Shown: one piece after another, positions 41,365 to 53,800 of the stretch | Layout of the letters: each line of letters begins with the position of its first letter | Position numbering within the stretch: the first letter of the stretch is position 1 | NCBI GenBank assembly: GCA_002633005.1 | Contig: NMRA01000105.1 | Span: 908,010 to 972,009, forward strand | Direction: 5' to 3' | Source: Phoronis australis | Lineage: Eukaryota; Animalia; Phoronida | DNA length: 64,000 bases | The notes under the pieces: generated by a model | What the model saw: only the letters and a program-made list of their open reading frames with translations | Databases searched by the model: none | Told to the model about the DNA's origin: nothing | Translations under genes and position numbers: made by a program

Positions 41365-44300
41365 CCCTCTACGAACCTTCTCGACGCTAAATATACTTTG
41401 CTTTCACTTCACTGTACAGGTGTATACACTTTGTTGCTGATCCGAACAGTATGGCGAACGACTTGGGTTCAACCCATGATGTTGCAAATAATCATTATTT
41501 TTTTTAAAATTTTTGCGTGTTTCTTTATGAGCTGTGCAGTAAAAGCACTGAAATCAAGTAAGATATAATAATAAAATTTATTTTGAGGTACTAGAGTCAT
41601 GTTGCGTACACTTTAACTGAAGTAGACTTCACAACAGTGCTTGAATATAAAAAAGTCAAGCTGCTGGGAAGAATTGCTGCAGCAGTTTTTCTTTGGAAAG
41701 ATTAATGATACGAATATTCGCTTTTCATTATTTCCCATTTTCAGATTAATGAAGGCTGTTAATATGTGCGTTGGCATTACACAAACCTGTGGTTTGCTTT
41801 CATCTCCAGAGGATAGCGGTTTCTAAATCGAGACTAAACCCAGGCATCAATCTAGCCCATTGCTAAGTGTTCCCGAGCACCTTGGTCCGGCATCATGATT
41901 CGCTGTTACAGTTGGACAAGTCGCTAAAACCCTTTACCAGCTGATACCAGAGAATCAAAACTGAACGCGCTCACTTTGGCTAATTTTTATCGTATGCATT
42001 ATGGTAAAAACCATTCTTTTACGAGGAATTCAATTTAATAAGCCAAACAGTTCGAAGAGTCACCAGTTACATGTATATTCCAATATATTTTAGCCAGTGT
42101 TTTGCAGTCCACGCAACAGGACCTTTGATCACATTTCCTGAAAAACGGGCTTCGTGACGACAGCGGCGCTTGTACAAATCTAATGGCTGTGCCGTGAAAC
42201 GAGCTAAGTTTCCAATGGAGACACATGTTCAAAAGAGACACTGTTATGGACGATGAAAAAGAAATGAAATGTAAACACTGTAATAATGACAATAAAAAAA
42301 CGGCGACGACGAATGAAGAAGGTTTTCTATGTCACGCAATAACTCCGGGAATATTGTTTTTGCCAAGCTTTTCAATGTAAATTACGAACAATGGGTTCGA
42401 ATATTCTCAGCCTGTTTAACAATTTCTAGGGGCCAGACCCGGGAATTTAGGGTTCGGTCCAACGATATTCTGTTTTAGACATATATTAAAAGGGAAATAA
42501 CCTCAGGCTTACTAAACTGGTATTCTTTTTTTCGTTTCAGCAGTACATATTCTACAGTATAGGGGGGGGGGCTCCTTTCGGCTATATCACGTCAAATCTA
42601 AATGTCACATTACTGTGAAAATCATTCTCACATACCTTTTGCTTAGGAAGACAAATGCGATCTACCATTCGATGAAGATTTTGCAAGTTTCCTTTGGCTA
42701 TACTGGTAACTAAACGCATTCACTAACCGACCATTGCGAATACAGGCAATGAAAATCGCAACAACAATAAAACTGAGTCTACATGAACTACAGAGGCAAT
42801 AGGCGAGGACCTGGTAGTTACCCTACCCCCTCACGAACTCCGCGCGTTCTCATATAAGGCGTTCTTCGCTCCTGGTCCCAATTCCGTTCCTACGATATGT
42901 ACTTCTTTTTTCTCGCACCGCAATTATTTTTAATCAAACATGGCCACTCCTTAGTTCACAAACCAATTGTCAATGACTTTAGTCACAAATTTAGAGAGGG
43001 CATTATGCATTACTGAACTGGAAAACGTGTATGAGACATGTTCGAAAGACAGCAATTGTCAGTGAGTGCCAAGAAGCACATACTAGTAGCCAGTGAGAGA
43101 ACTGGTGAAAAGAATTCTGTTGGGAAGCTATGCGAGGCTGGTTACCTTGACATTGCGATACTTCGAGGGACAATATGGCCCTATCAATTTAAACAGTTTT
43201 AAGTGTCACCGTTTGGTCTATTCGCGCTATTCGTAACGGGATGGCCGGAATGGCTGATGTGTTCCGCAGTATTCCACATGCATGTACATGTATTGTTTGT
43301 GCCAACATACGAGACCTTTATTCTGTACCGATGACCGGGTATTCCGTTGAGATATACATGTAGGCAGCAGACTGGACTTGAGTATACAAGAATCTTTGAA
43401 CAATGACAGGCAGGCAGGGAATGTTCATCGGAACACCAATGAATCTTTCAAATAGGTAAAAAGCAAAAAGGGTATTGCGCCTTTAATTTCTTCGTCATGA
43501 TTCAAAATCTTAAAATGATAAGAGATATCAAAGCCAAACAGCATCTTGCTAGGTTAAGATGTCAAAGAACATGTCCATGCTGAGCGGATGCGATAAACAC
43601 AAAAATTAAGGTCGCCTACAGGGCATTTGAAGTTAAAAGGATACCAAACCTGGTTTTGGCCTATTAGCAGATATTAAAAACGACTTACCCAGTTTTCTGA
43701 AACAAACTAATGCAATGTAATTCTTGGCAACCATCAAAAGTTTCGATTAAAATTTGAAAATTACCCTTTCCAGGTCTGCTAAATGGGTTATAAGCGTGAC
43801 CTACGCTTTAGGCGAGTTAGGGTAATTGTGGGGACCATGGTAACGACCACCCGCCCAGAATAAGAATACTCTACCTCTGACATGAGTTTTTTTCTCAACC
43901 ATTTATCGGGACTTTGCCATCGGGTGGTTACAAAAAACATGAAACAAGAACTCACACCAGTCACACCCTTACACCCACAATTACACATAAATTTACAAAA
44001 AAGGTTCCAAATTTTCCCCATTTTTGTTAAAGTTTGACACACTTGAGTTTTTACAGGCTATGTAGTTTTCAGAGTTGTGATAGTCACTGACGAAATTTAC
44101 AAAGACGTTGACACACAAATTTCGGCCTTTACATTTAGAATTCAAGAGAGGAGGCAGTGTGGCCTAGTGTTTTTTATTGAATCCTGCTTTTATCACTTAA
44201 GTGGGACATCAATGATGCATTAGCAGGCGACACAACGAGGATTGGTCGAAATCACCAAAACAGGGTTTATATTCCTTTTAAAGGGAAACTGGGCTGTCAT

Positions 44301-46842
44301 TGAAAGGTAGGTTCCAGTGCATCCAAAACGAGGGAAACTATAAAGATGCCCAACTTGTAGTGACAACCATTTAAAAAAGACACCGTTCGCATGTCGTCAC
44401 CTTGGTTTAATTGTGCCAACTGACCGTAAACTTCACGTAGATTACACAGGCGGAAACATTCTGTTGCATGACTGAGGCCAACCAATGAGTGATGTTAAGG
44501 CCCTAAAGCGGCGCTCTTCTGCGTTCTGTACAAATTTGAGAATAATTACAACGGTTATACACCATGTCCTGGTATAAATATCTTAAACCTGCTCCACAAG
44601 CGTACACCAGGCTATTCCTCGTCAACGCCGTCGTGGTCTTAACCTATGAAGGTGTTTGAAGCGGTGGCACTGATTACAATAAATCGCCTGAAATAATGAC
44701 ATCTGACACGCGACTGCAGTCTTTACACAACAGAAACTAGCCCGCCGTGACAATCATCTTAACGGGTCTGGTTTCATGAAGCAATAATTAACTGCCATCT
44801 TTTCTTCACCGGTTTCTAACAGAAGGTGCATAGATTCAACTTCAAAAGTTGGTTTTTCAGTGACAGAAACGGCAGGATTGTTTAAGAAGCTAATCAACGC
44901 TATCAAACTACTTGGGGTTTACCTTTGCACACATGCGGAAATTGGTTTCAGCCACAAGAAAACCTCTCAAACCACTACCAGTGGCCAAAATGGAAGGGAT
45001 GAGCAGTTCGTTTTCAAACGTGAATACTTGCTGATACATTGGGTGATCCGTTTTATTTTGGAGTTAAGTTCATTTCCCACCAACTTATGAAAATGATTGG
45101 TACACATTTTATAAGCCAATACAGACGTAGGTCAATCACATGTCATAATTTAGGTTTCAGTAATGTGATCAAGTCCGCGTCTGTTTGCATCCGCCTCGAC
45201 TCGGCGATCACGCACACAAGCACAATCAGTCAACGGTAAGCGAAGACAATGTGTTTCTTGATAACCACTGCTAAGGCATTGTTTCCCACATTATGTGCGG
45301 GTTTGACCACGACACAGCCGCACACATCGGGGTGTAGAGAACAGCCTTCCGTTTTCCCGCATAACTTTTTCAATTCCGGACTCCCACGAAACCGTGGGGG
45401 GCCAATTAAATGTCTAATTTACCAGGACAGTTTGGCTGACCGCTCAGAAAATGCGACCGTGTTCCAATAATTTCAATGAGGTTCTGACAAGCATAAGCAC
45501 TTAAAAATTACCAGGTCTTCCAAGTACACAACACGAAATTGAAAAAAAATATACAACCAGTTTACTAACCTGGATTTATATTGCAAGCTTGGTCCCGGTC
45601 TTTAACGAACGCTCCCAGGCTAAGTTGGTATTACACCTTTACTTTCAGAACCAAGCCGTCAAATCTTTATTACAAACTCTACGGTAGCTATCATGAAAGT
45701 GATTTATATACGGAGCGCAGGCAGTGAAGCTAGTGACGTCATAGGAACTCCAACTCTATTCGCAGAAACGGACTCGACAGTGTCGAAAGATGAATGCATT
45801 GTAATGCCCGTAAATATTCCAAGAACGTAAATTGTTGACAGTAGATTTCATGAAGGCGTTTGCAGGCGATTTATGTCTGGCCACAGTATACATGTACATG
45901 TAGGAAGTCAAATACACCACCTCCAAAAGTTATCAAAAAACTGGTAACTGATGCGTCAAAACGCAGTCAAAACAACGAAACAAAATGTTGAGATTTCATG
46001 CAAAGATTTAACCAGACAACTGTCGGTGCGTAGTAAGCTGGCTGATTAAATTGACATGGATGGTTATACAGCTATTTAAAACTCATTTTTTTTAAGTGTG
46101 TCATTTTTCACGCAGGACGCTTTCTGAAAGACTGGAATGTTTCAATTATATCCCTGAAACAGTTCGCTGCTGGCCTGTTAAGTAGAGGCAAATCACCCAA
46201 CTGTTGACGTCGACAGGCTTTCCAAACTTGTGTTTGAGATCTTTAAAACGCTATCTTGTGGTAACGGGATGTCTTGACTTCAAAGACGCTGGGTATAATT
46301 TATATGCCAGGCATATCCTCACTTTGCCGTAGATAAAAAACATGTTCTCGAATACAATCAATTCAATAAAATTGAATCGTATTATGGGTGGACCTTATGG
46401 AGGTGCCGATTCTAATGTCTTCAAGGCGACGTTGAGGGAGACTGTCTAGTAACCATTGATTTTTTATTTTTCTCGTATTCATTTATTTAAATTCTTTATT
46501 CATTCATTTTCCAAATTGTAACATTTAGTCGGTTAAATGAGCCCGTGTCTCGTATTCACTGCTTTAATACCGACTATATATGTATACAGGCCGATCTAGC
46601 ATGTACTAAAAGGAGTCCAACCGCAATTTCCGAAGGAGAATATCCGCGTAAGTTCTAAAAATGGAATGCCTGTGATTTTTTGGTCTTGTCCGCAGGGGAG
46701 GGGGCACCTGGGCTTAAATCTTCTTTTGGTGCATTCTAACTAAATTTTCCAAATCAAGTGAAGACTAGAAAAATACACAGGTGGATAATAAAACAACATG
46801 TAGTGATAAAGCAATGAAATCGGACAAAATACACCAATTGTC

Positions 46843-47025
46843 CATCACCACCACCACCATAACGGATCAGTGTAACCGTCATAATCACCGTCATCTTCCT
46901 CATCATTATCACCAGGACATCATCATTGTCGTCGTCATCATAATGTTAGCCGTGACAATTACCACACTGTTCATCGTTGCATGGATATCAAACATACCGC
47001 GGTCTTCCCAAGTGTCATTATCATA
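46843..47025. repeat. Degenerate (CAT/CAC)n low-complexity tract
   Basis: Imperfect trinucleotide repeats. They explain the Thr/His/Ile-rich ORF 46781-47026. Confidence 0.75.
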
Positions 47026-50000
47026 ATTCCATATGCGGTCGGGGTTGGAAAAAATAACGCGTGAGTGTGGAAATTGTCATCGCCATCTCCATGTCGTCAC
47101 CATCGCCAATGTTGGCTTCACAATTCGTGCCGGACTGAACTGTAGGTGATTAGGCGTCATCGTCTCAATCGCAAACTATACAAGTCCATACAATGTACAG
47201 ACTGACTTCCCGGAAGGAATGTCGCTTGCAAAGGTACATGTAGCAGTCAGTTTTGGTGACCAACGTGCACAGAGCACAAGAACGCGTCACCAGAGCAACT
47301 TATAGCTCTGCTAGCCTTTTCATCGCACGCTTTACACTCCGTAATTGCAACATGATTGCTAACGACTAATAATTTGTTAATGAAGCATCGCGTACACACA
47401 GCAGGAAATTGGGCGTATGAATTCTGTTAGATATATCTCATTGGCGTTTATTGAGGTAATTTACAATGACAGTCGACTGGTTTACGCGGGAAGTCTTCGA
47501 GAAATATCAGAGAACACGATTTCAATCAATTAGACGTTTAGTTAATTAATATATGGTGCCGAGAATTAAATCTCGGTAGAACCAGGTTGTCATAAATCCG
47601 GCATAGAAGTTTCCAGTGTTGCGCCCACGGTGCGAGGTGGTCGAGTGGTAAAACCACGATGTTATCTAAGGGGACTAATGCGAGTAGTGACGTTTAATAA
47701 ACATATGTAGGCCTACTGAAAGATGAAATCAATGCCATAACGGAAATATTCAGGCACTGCATTTTGCTTCAGTTGCATCACTAAGGCCCTCAGGCTCTTG
47801 CGGGGGAGGGGGGCTAACACGCCACAAACTGTCACAACAGCACAAGATGTAGCAATTCTTGACATTTCATAACAACGGATGTTCATGACAGGTAGATCTG
47901 TTGGGATTCCCCTCGATAAGCAGACACGAACGGCTATCCTTTATAGATCCTAACCAGCACCTCACTATTGGCATCGATTGCGGAGGAATGAAGACTTTCG
48001 ATTAAAAACACCAACTGTAGTAAATTTTAGCTACCCTGTGAGGTTGTACAAATTGCTATAACTCTCAATTGCGGTGATTTGCGCAGACCTTCGTAAAACG
48101 CAACTGGGTGCGGCAACTTCTTGTCGATGACTTGGGACAGATAGTGCTTGGCAGGGCTGCACAATCGCTGCATGGCGTGTAAGGCATCCCACATACAACA
48201 ACAAACGTGCACTGAGAGGGCAAATAATCGTCTTTTGCGTCCTCGGTTGTATCCTTTGCCAGTTGTCAAGTGTTTCCTCGTGAATGTGACGACGAATGAC
48301 GACAATTTTCGGACGGATCTACAGCCTTTGTGCCCCGGCTCTAGTCGGACAACTTTATATTTCTACGTTTACCTTTATATTTTCAGAGCCTCCATGACAG
48401 ATTTTCACGCAATTAAATTGACTAGGTTGCCATTAAAGAGACGATGGCTTATTTTTGTTTTCAATTTTATTCGATGTATTGTGTCACTTGGTATCTTTTT
48501 TGTTTATTTGCGAGTCTGTTAGCATCTGCCTCTCTATCTGCCATATCGCTCCAAGGATAACGAAAATGTGCACCTGACGTGAAGGCCACGGGTGACGCTT
48601 ATTTTAGATAAGGAGGGGACCTACTATACTGTGGCAAGCCCCCAGGGTCATTTTTGCATTCATAGCTGTGCCTGCTAAACCCATGACACGACTCTTGTGA
48701 AATACGCTGCGAACGTCAAGTGAGACTCATCGACATATGAAATCTTCGTTCGGACGGATTCGACTACCGCGGTGCATCGTAGTGACAAATCTAGTTGTAC
48801 GTTGGTCTCTATCTCTTCGGAATTACTGGACGAATTTTTCATAAAATGTGGCAAACTAGGCCTTCCCATTTTTAGATCGGTTCGAGATATTCTGTACCAC
48901 CTGCTGGCCATTTTGATACTAATAATAACCCCTAGTGGGATACCGTTTGCGGTGCAGTCACGTGGATGCATTACACTTTTTTGTTATGAGTATCTCTCGT
49001 TTACGACGTTTTTGTGCGTGAAAATCACAAAGCGCAACAGTGGCAATTTGACAGTACTGATGATTATTGCAAAGAATTTGTAGGAAACGCTAGAACATAC
49101 CACAGCAGACGTAAACATTGTGCCCATCTACCATATCGCCATCCAGCAACAATACATATTATTTCACCGCTACTTTGAACCGCAAACTGTCGTAATTATA
49201 CAAACTACCGCAATCAACAAATATTTATAGTAAAATGCCGCAACACGTAGGCCTTCGAAGCACAAACTTCCGTTGCACAATTTGTGGTTTGCGACGTTGC
49301 GCAGATCCTCGAAGCGCTAATTGTCGCAACTAATCGAAATGCTTTTGGATGCACAGACACTGTACTGAGTTGTTTTCAACACTTCGAAATCTGAGGGCAT
49401 GATTCTACCCCTTGGAAATGGCCGACCGACCGGGGGAGCCTGGAAAGAGTCCAAGGCGGCTGGAGGGACAATATCGTTTTCTCTTCAATGAAGTCACGAT
49501 ATTCTAGATAATGTTATTGTAACCAATTTAACGTTGACGACGGTAAAGAGAGGGACTATATGACGGAACACAGGTGGTTCAAGGTTGAATGAACGACGTG
49601 GTTGGCGGCGAAAACAGCGCATCGGTTTGGGTGACTTCTATATAAGTACATGAAAGTGACACGTGATGTAAAACCATTGGACATACTGAAGACTGACATG
49701 TACATGTAGGATCAGATGGTTGCCGTATTGTCGTTTGTCAGTGATACCGCCAATGTGGGTCCTGCATTTCAAATACAGTGGCTTCCCGTCAGTCTAAAAA
49801 TCGTCGTTTATGTGACGACGTTATTTTCCGGTATAATTAATGTGAAAGAAACTTCAAAGCGTCGAAAAATACATGTATCAAAGATATTCGCGCGGCGATT
49901 TGCATATACATGCGAACAATGTGGTTGGCGAAAGTATCCCAAAAATGTTACAAATCCCAATCAGTTTGCTCAAAAAGGTGTGCACATCCTGTTGCAGTTT

Positions 50001-50532
50001 GAGGGTTGCTAGTGATTTTAGGATTGCGACAATTTCTTCAGTTATGATAATTTGTGGTTAGTAACACCGGCTGTAGTGGAAAATGACGCGACGGTCTTGC
50101 GAATGTGAAAACGTTTTCGAAGAAAGTGAAGTGCTGTACAGTAACTCACGCCAGGAAGTTGTGTACATGCATCTGCGAACATTTCGAGACAATTTGTGAG
50201 GGTTGATATTTGTGAAATTAAATTGTTTGTTGATGAGCGTCAAACAGTCACTTTGACGTCTTTGAACAGTGGTAGAATGTTATTTCAAGCTCACAGTGAA
50301 TACGTATTGGCAATTTAATCCTCAGGCTGCCAATAGTGCCCATGTCAACCGTGGACAGCGTTTTTGCCGTGGGTGAGCCGTAAGGCAACCCTCTCCCTCC
50401 AAGTGTCGCCCTTCATTTTGCGAAGACTCCCTCGCAAATGCCATTTCTCAATTTGTGGAAAACAACAATAACTTTGAGAGGCAGTTGGGGGCGGAAGTAC
50501 GAAATTGGAGTTCTTTGATTTTGCGTACTTTG

Positions 50533-50844
50533 CACTGGCGGATTTAGGTGGGGGGCAAGGGGGCCGTGCCCCCCCCCCTAAAATTCTACCAGATACCATT
50601 TGGCAGATCGGGTGCGAATTGCTGACAAGCACATGCGCTCAACCAGGGGGTTTCGGGGGGCTCGCGGGGTGAATACACAATGCATAGGCCTGAATAAACC
50701 CCTTTTACCGTTTTTTTGGTCAAAAGGTCCGCAAACCCCCCAGACCCCCGCATCCCTACACCCTACATTTTAGGCTGGTCTGCCGAAATTCTGGTTATTC
50801 CTAAGACCTGAACCCCCTAGCTCAAAATCCTGGATCCACCCCAG
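50533..50844. mobile_element. MITE of the 5359 family with a nested second MITE (~50630-50778)
   Basis: Ends are CACTGGCGGATTTA...CTCAAAATCCTGGATCCACCCCAG. Flanks CTTTG and CTTTA match at 4 of 5 bases. The ~150 bp of extra interior resembles 7765-7943. Confidence 0.75.
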
Positions 50845-53800
50845 CTTTATATAGATGAAATGCAGCCTATGCTTCAGCCTCGCAATTTTGTGTATGCAGC
50901 CACTGAGCCGCAAGCTGCCGTGATTGAGTAAAATACTTTAATAGCTTCAGGCACATGCCATGAAGGAATTGGCTTTGTGTCGAAATAGTGCAGAATTAAA
51001 AACAAATTCAGTTATCTATATGACTTGATGAGCTTGCCTCGCGGATAAAACAAATGTATTAATCGCTCACGTACAAGATGATCAGAATGTCCAATCCAAA
51101 GCACAAACACGAGTCTGTGATAGTGCGACTTAGTGAATGTTGTAATGACCATTACGCAACGGTCGTGCAATTAAGCGGTGACGTTCGTACATTCAGTTTA
51201 CACGCTCATCAGCGCGTGGGAAGTAAAAGCTCCGAAAGAAAGCAGATATCGCCTGCAGCGAAGTGACGCCAGCATTTGCGCTGTGGTACAGAATTAATTA
51301 GTCATACATAGACTCCGAACTCAATTCGCGCCAAGAGCTGCAGATGTACTACTAGGTATATGTGACGACACTGCTAAAGTGTCAATCGAATAAAAAACAA
51401 ATAAACGGAATTCTCGGTGTACGTGAACTATGAGGAACATCTTAGGAGTTGGTTTTAAAGAAACAATATCGCTTTTACGGCTAAAAAGAGCATTTTTGGA
51501 ATTATTGTGAAATGGCATAGATTTATCCACGTTATAAGCTTAACCTAGAGCTATAAAACATCAAAATCCGTTGTGTTTCTTGTGAGTTTATTCTAGCCAT
51601 TCTCTGCCAAACATCCGTTGAAATCAGCCGAGGCTGACGGATTTAACATTTAAATATACTTCGAGGGGGGTTTATGCTCAGCGCCAGAACGTTAGGCTGG
51701 ATCTGCGGAGGTCGCGGCCTCGATTCCACACTACCGTACGGGTGATTTCGGAAAAAAAAAACACTTATATCGCCCATAATGTTCCCATAAACACATGTGC
51801 TACGATTTAGAAAAATCGCAAGGGCAGTATTGTTCTCGTGAAATCAGACACAAGTACCACATAAAAATGATCTTCCCGAATTTGTAACTTAACATGATAT
51901 CTAAGAAAGTGATCTATGAGAAATGTATTGCTACATGATCTTTTGACAGCAAGAATTTTTCTAAGGTATATTCGAGACGTAATACACAATAACGGTAATA
52001 TTTTTTACAAAAAAAAGATTAATTGCGGACCTCCATGTGACGTGCAAACGAATTGAAACAAATAGGCAATATTTCCGGAAAAATTTGATAAGGTTTATCG
52101 ATATAATTATTAGAATGTTACTAAATTTAATCACCTGTTAATTAATTACTTCAAAACATGAGCGTTAAGCCAGGTGTACGATTGCATTCAACTGAGACCC
52201 GTCTAAAGAATAGTGTAAAGCCAATGCAAATCTCACTCAGGCTCAGCCGGGATCATGTTTAGGATCTACATACAGCCGAGTAGGAAGAACCTTTGACGCA
52301 CATATACATCTGCATGTAGGCGACTGCACGACCCGTTGAAAAATAAAGATGACTTGGGGAAGGCGATGGAGAGCAAAGCAAATGATACATTTATCGCAGT
52401 TTCGCACATATCCATTGCAGTTATCTGGGTACAGACCGTAGTAGTAAAGGGAATGGACGTTCTAAACATCAAGTTGCATATACACACACACATACAGAAA
52501 TAGGCAGTGTCCAACGTGCCCTCTTTGTCAAAAACTCGGTCTTCTGAGGACGAGAACCATTGCGCCGTGGGTTTATAATATCAGTGTGCATCGGTATCCC
52601 GAATAAAGAATGGTATTTCCCCCATGTGGTCTTAGTCATCCACGAACAAACGCAAAATCAAGAGAAATTATTCACATGGAATCGCTATAGTACATGTGCA
52701 TGTTGAAAATGTACCGTAGATTATGCAACATACAACATGAATTCTGGGAATTTACTGCGGTTTTTACACATTTTCATGGGTTTCCCATGAGTGCTCAAAG
52801 ACTTTCATGACAATTTCACGATAATCTCCAGGAACCAGGATTTTTCCATCAAAACGCGGAGGAAAAGCTGTTTTTGTTAATGGCAATATGTATACTTGAA
52901 TCAATGCATGTGACGATCATGCGACATGACTCACAGAATTGAATTCTCTTATCTTTGTGTATTCCACCATTTTTACCTCTTTCATTCAAGTTTCTGTGAG
53001 ATTTTCAAGTTTGATAACTGGTGTTTTTTTCAATCTGTTTTATGATCACTTGATACCGGGCTGTTGAAAACGATTGCGTGAATTTAAATCAAACTAGTTT
53101 CCCCTCACGCGACCGTTCATAAAATATTATCAGCGATTCAAATGTTCTAGTGGTTATCTGACTACATGATGAATTTTCAGTAATAAATACGACATATTTG
53201 TTGAAACTAACACGAACGCATCCCGACTGAACGATGTTGATGAGCAAGGGTCGCACCAGAGGAAAAATGAAAAATGAACAGCCGAAAAGCTTTCTGTTCA
53301 CGAATAAATGTTTAGTATCCTCTCGTTTTCTAAACAGGCAATAAATTGAATATACCTAAGGCAAGTTTTGCTAAAATGACACAACGTTGCGACATTCGCA
53401 ACGTTTGGCTAAGTCTTTATTTAGACTCTGTGTAGATAAACGTCGCAAAGTTACAATTGTTATTTGTGAATCATCGTGACTGGTTTGCACTCGTATAACG
53501 GGCCCATGTGGCCTCGAGGTTCGATAATAAATAATTCTTCCAATACCGTTACCACGGGAACGTATCAACACGATGTTTAGTGCAATAATCAGGGACCAGC
53601 GAGACTTGAATTGTGAACATTTTGATTGTGTTCTTAATTCTGTCAACCAGTGCAGTTACATGTACACGTACATGTACATAGTGGGCGTGTTTAAGAGTAA
53701 AACAAGACTACACGACTACAGCAGTCAGGCATTGTAAAAGTCGCCGTGACTATGAGCCAATGAGCCAGTTCTAAAGCAATAGCGAAATATAACTTCTTTT

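Larger units (their letters stand above)
40642..41612. mobile_element. Internally deleted Kolobok-type DNA transposon (TTAA TSD; convergent KolX-like and THAP 5' ends)
   Basis: TTAA at 40638-40641 and 41613-41616. TIR ACAGTACACACCATG versus the reverse complement of the right end, AGTGTACGCAACATG. An inner inverted motif CATGGGTTGAAC lies at 40806 and 41467. Two gene relics point inward. Confidence 0.7.

Noticed and set aside
46781-47026. His/Thr-rich membrane-like ORF; likewise the HT-repeat ORF 56366-56551
   Set aside because: These are translations of simple repeats.
51665-51737. tRNA-like sequence (GCTCAG..GGAGGTCGCGGCCTCGATTCC); also A-box-like fragments near 44150 and 47638
   Set aside because: Too degenerate or short to call. 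At most these are old SINE heads.
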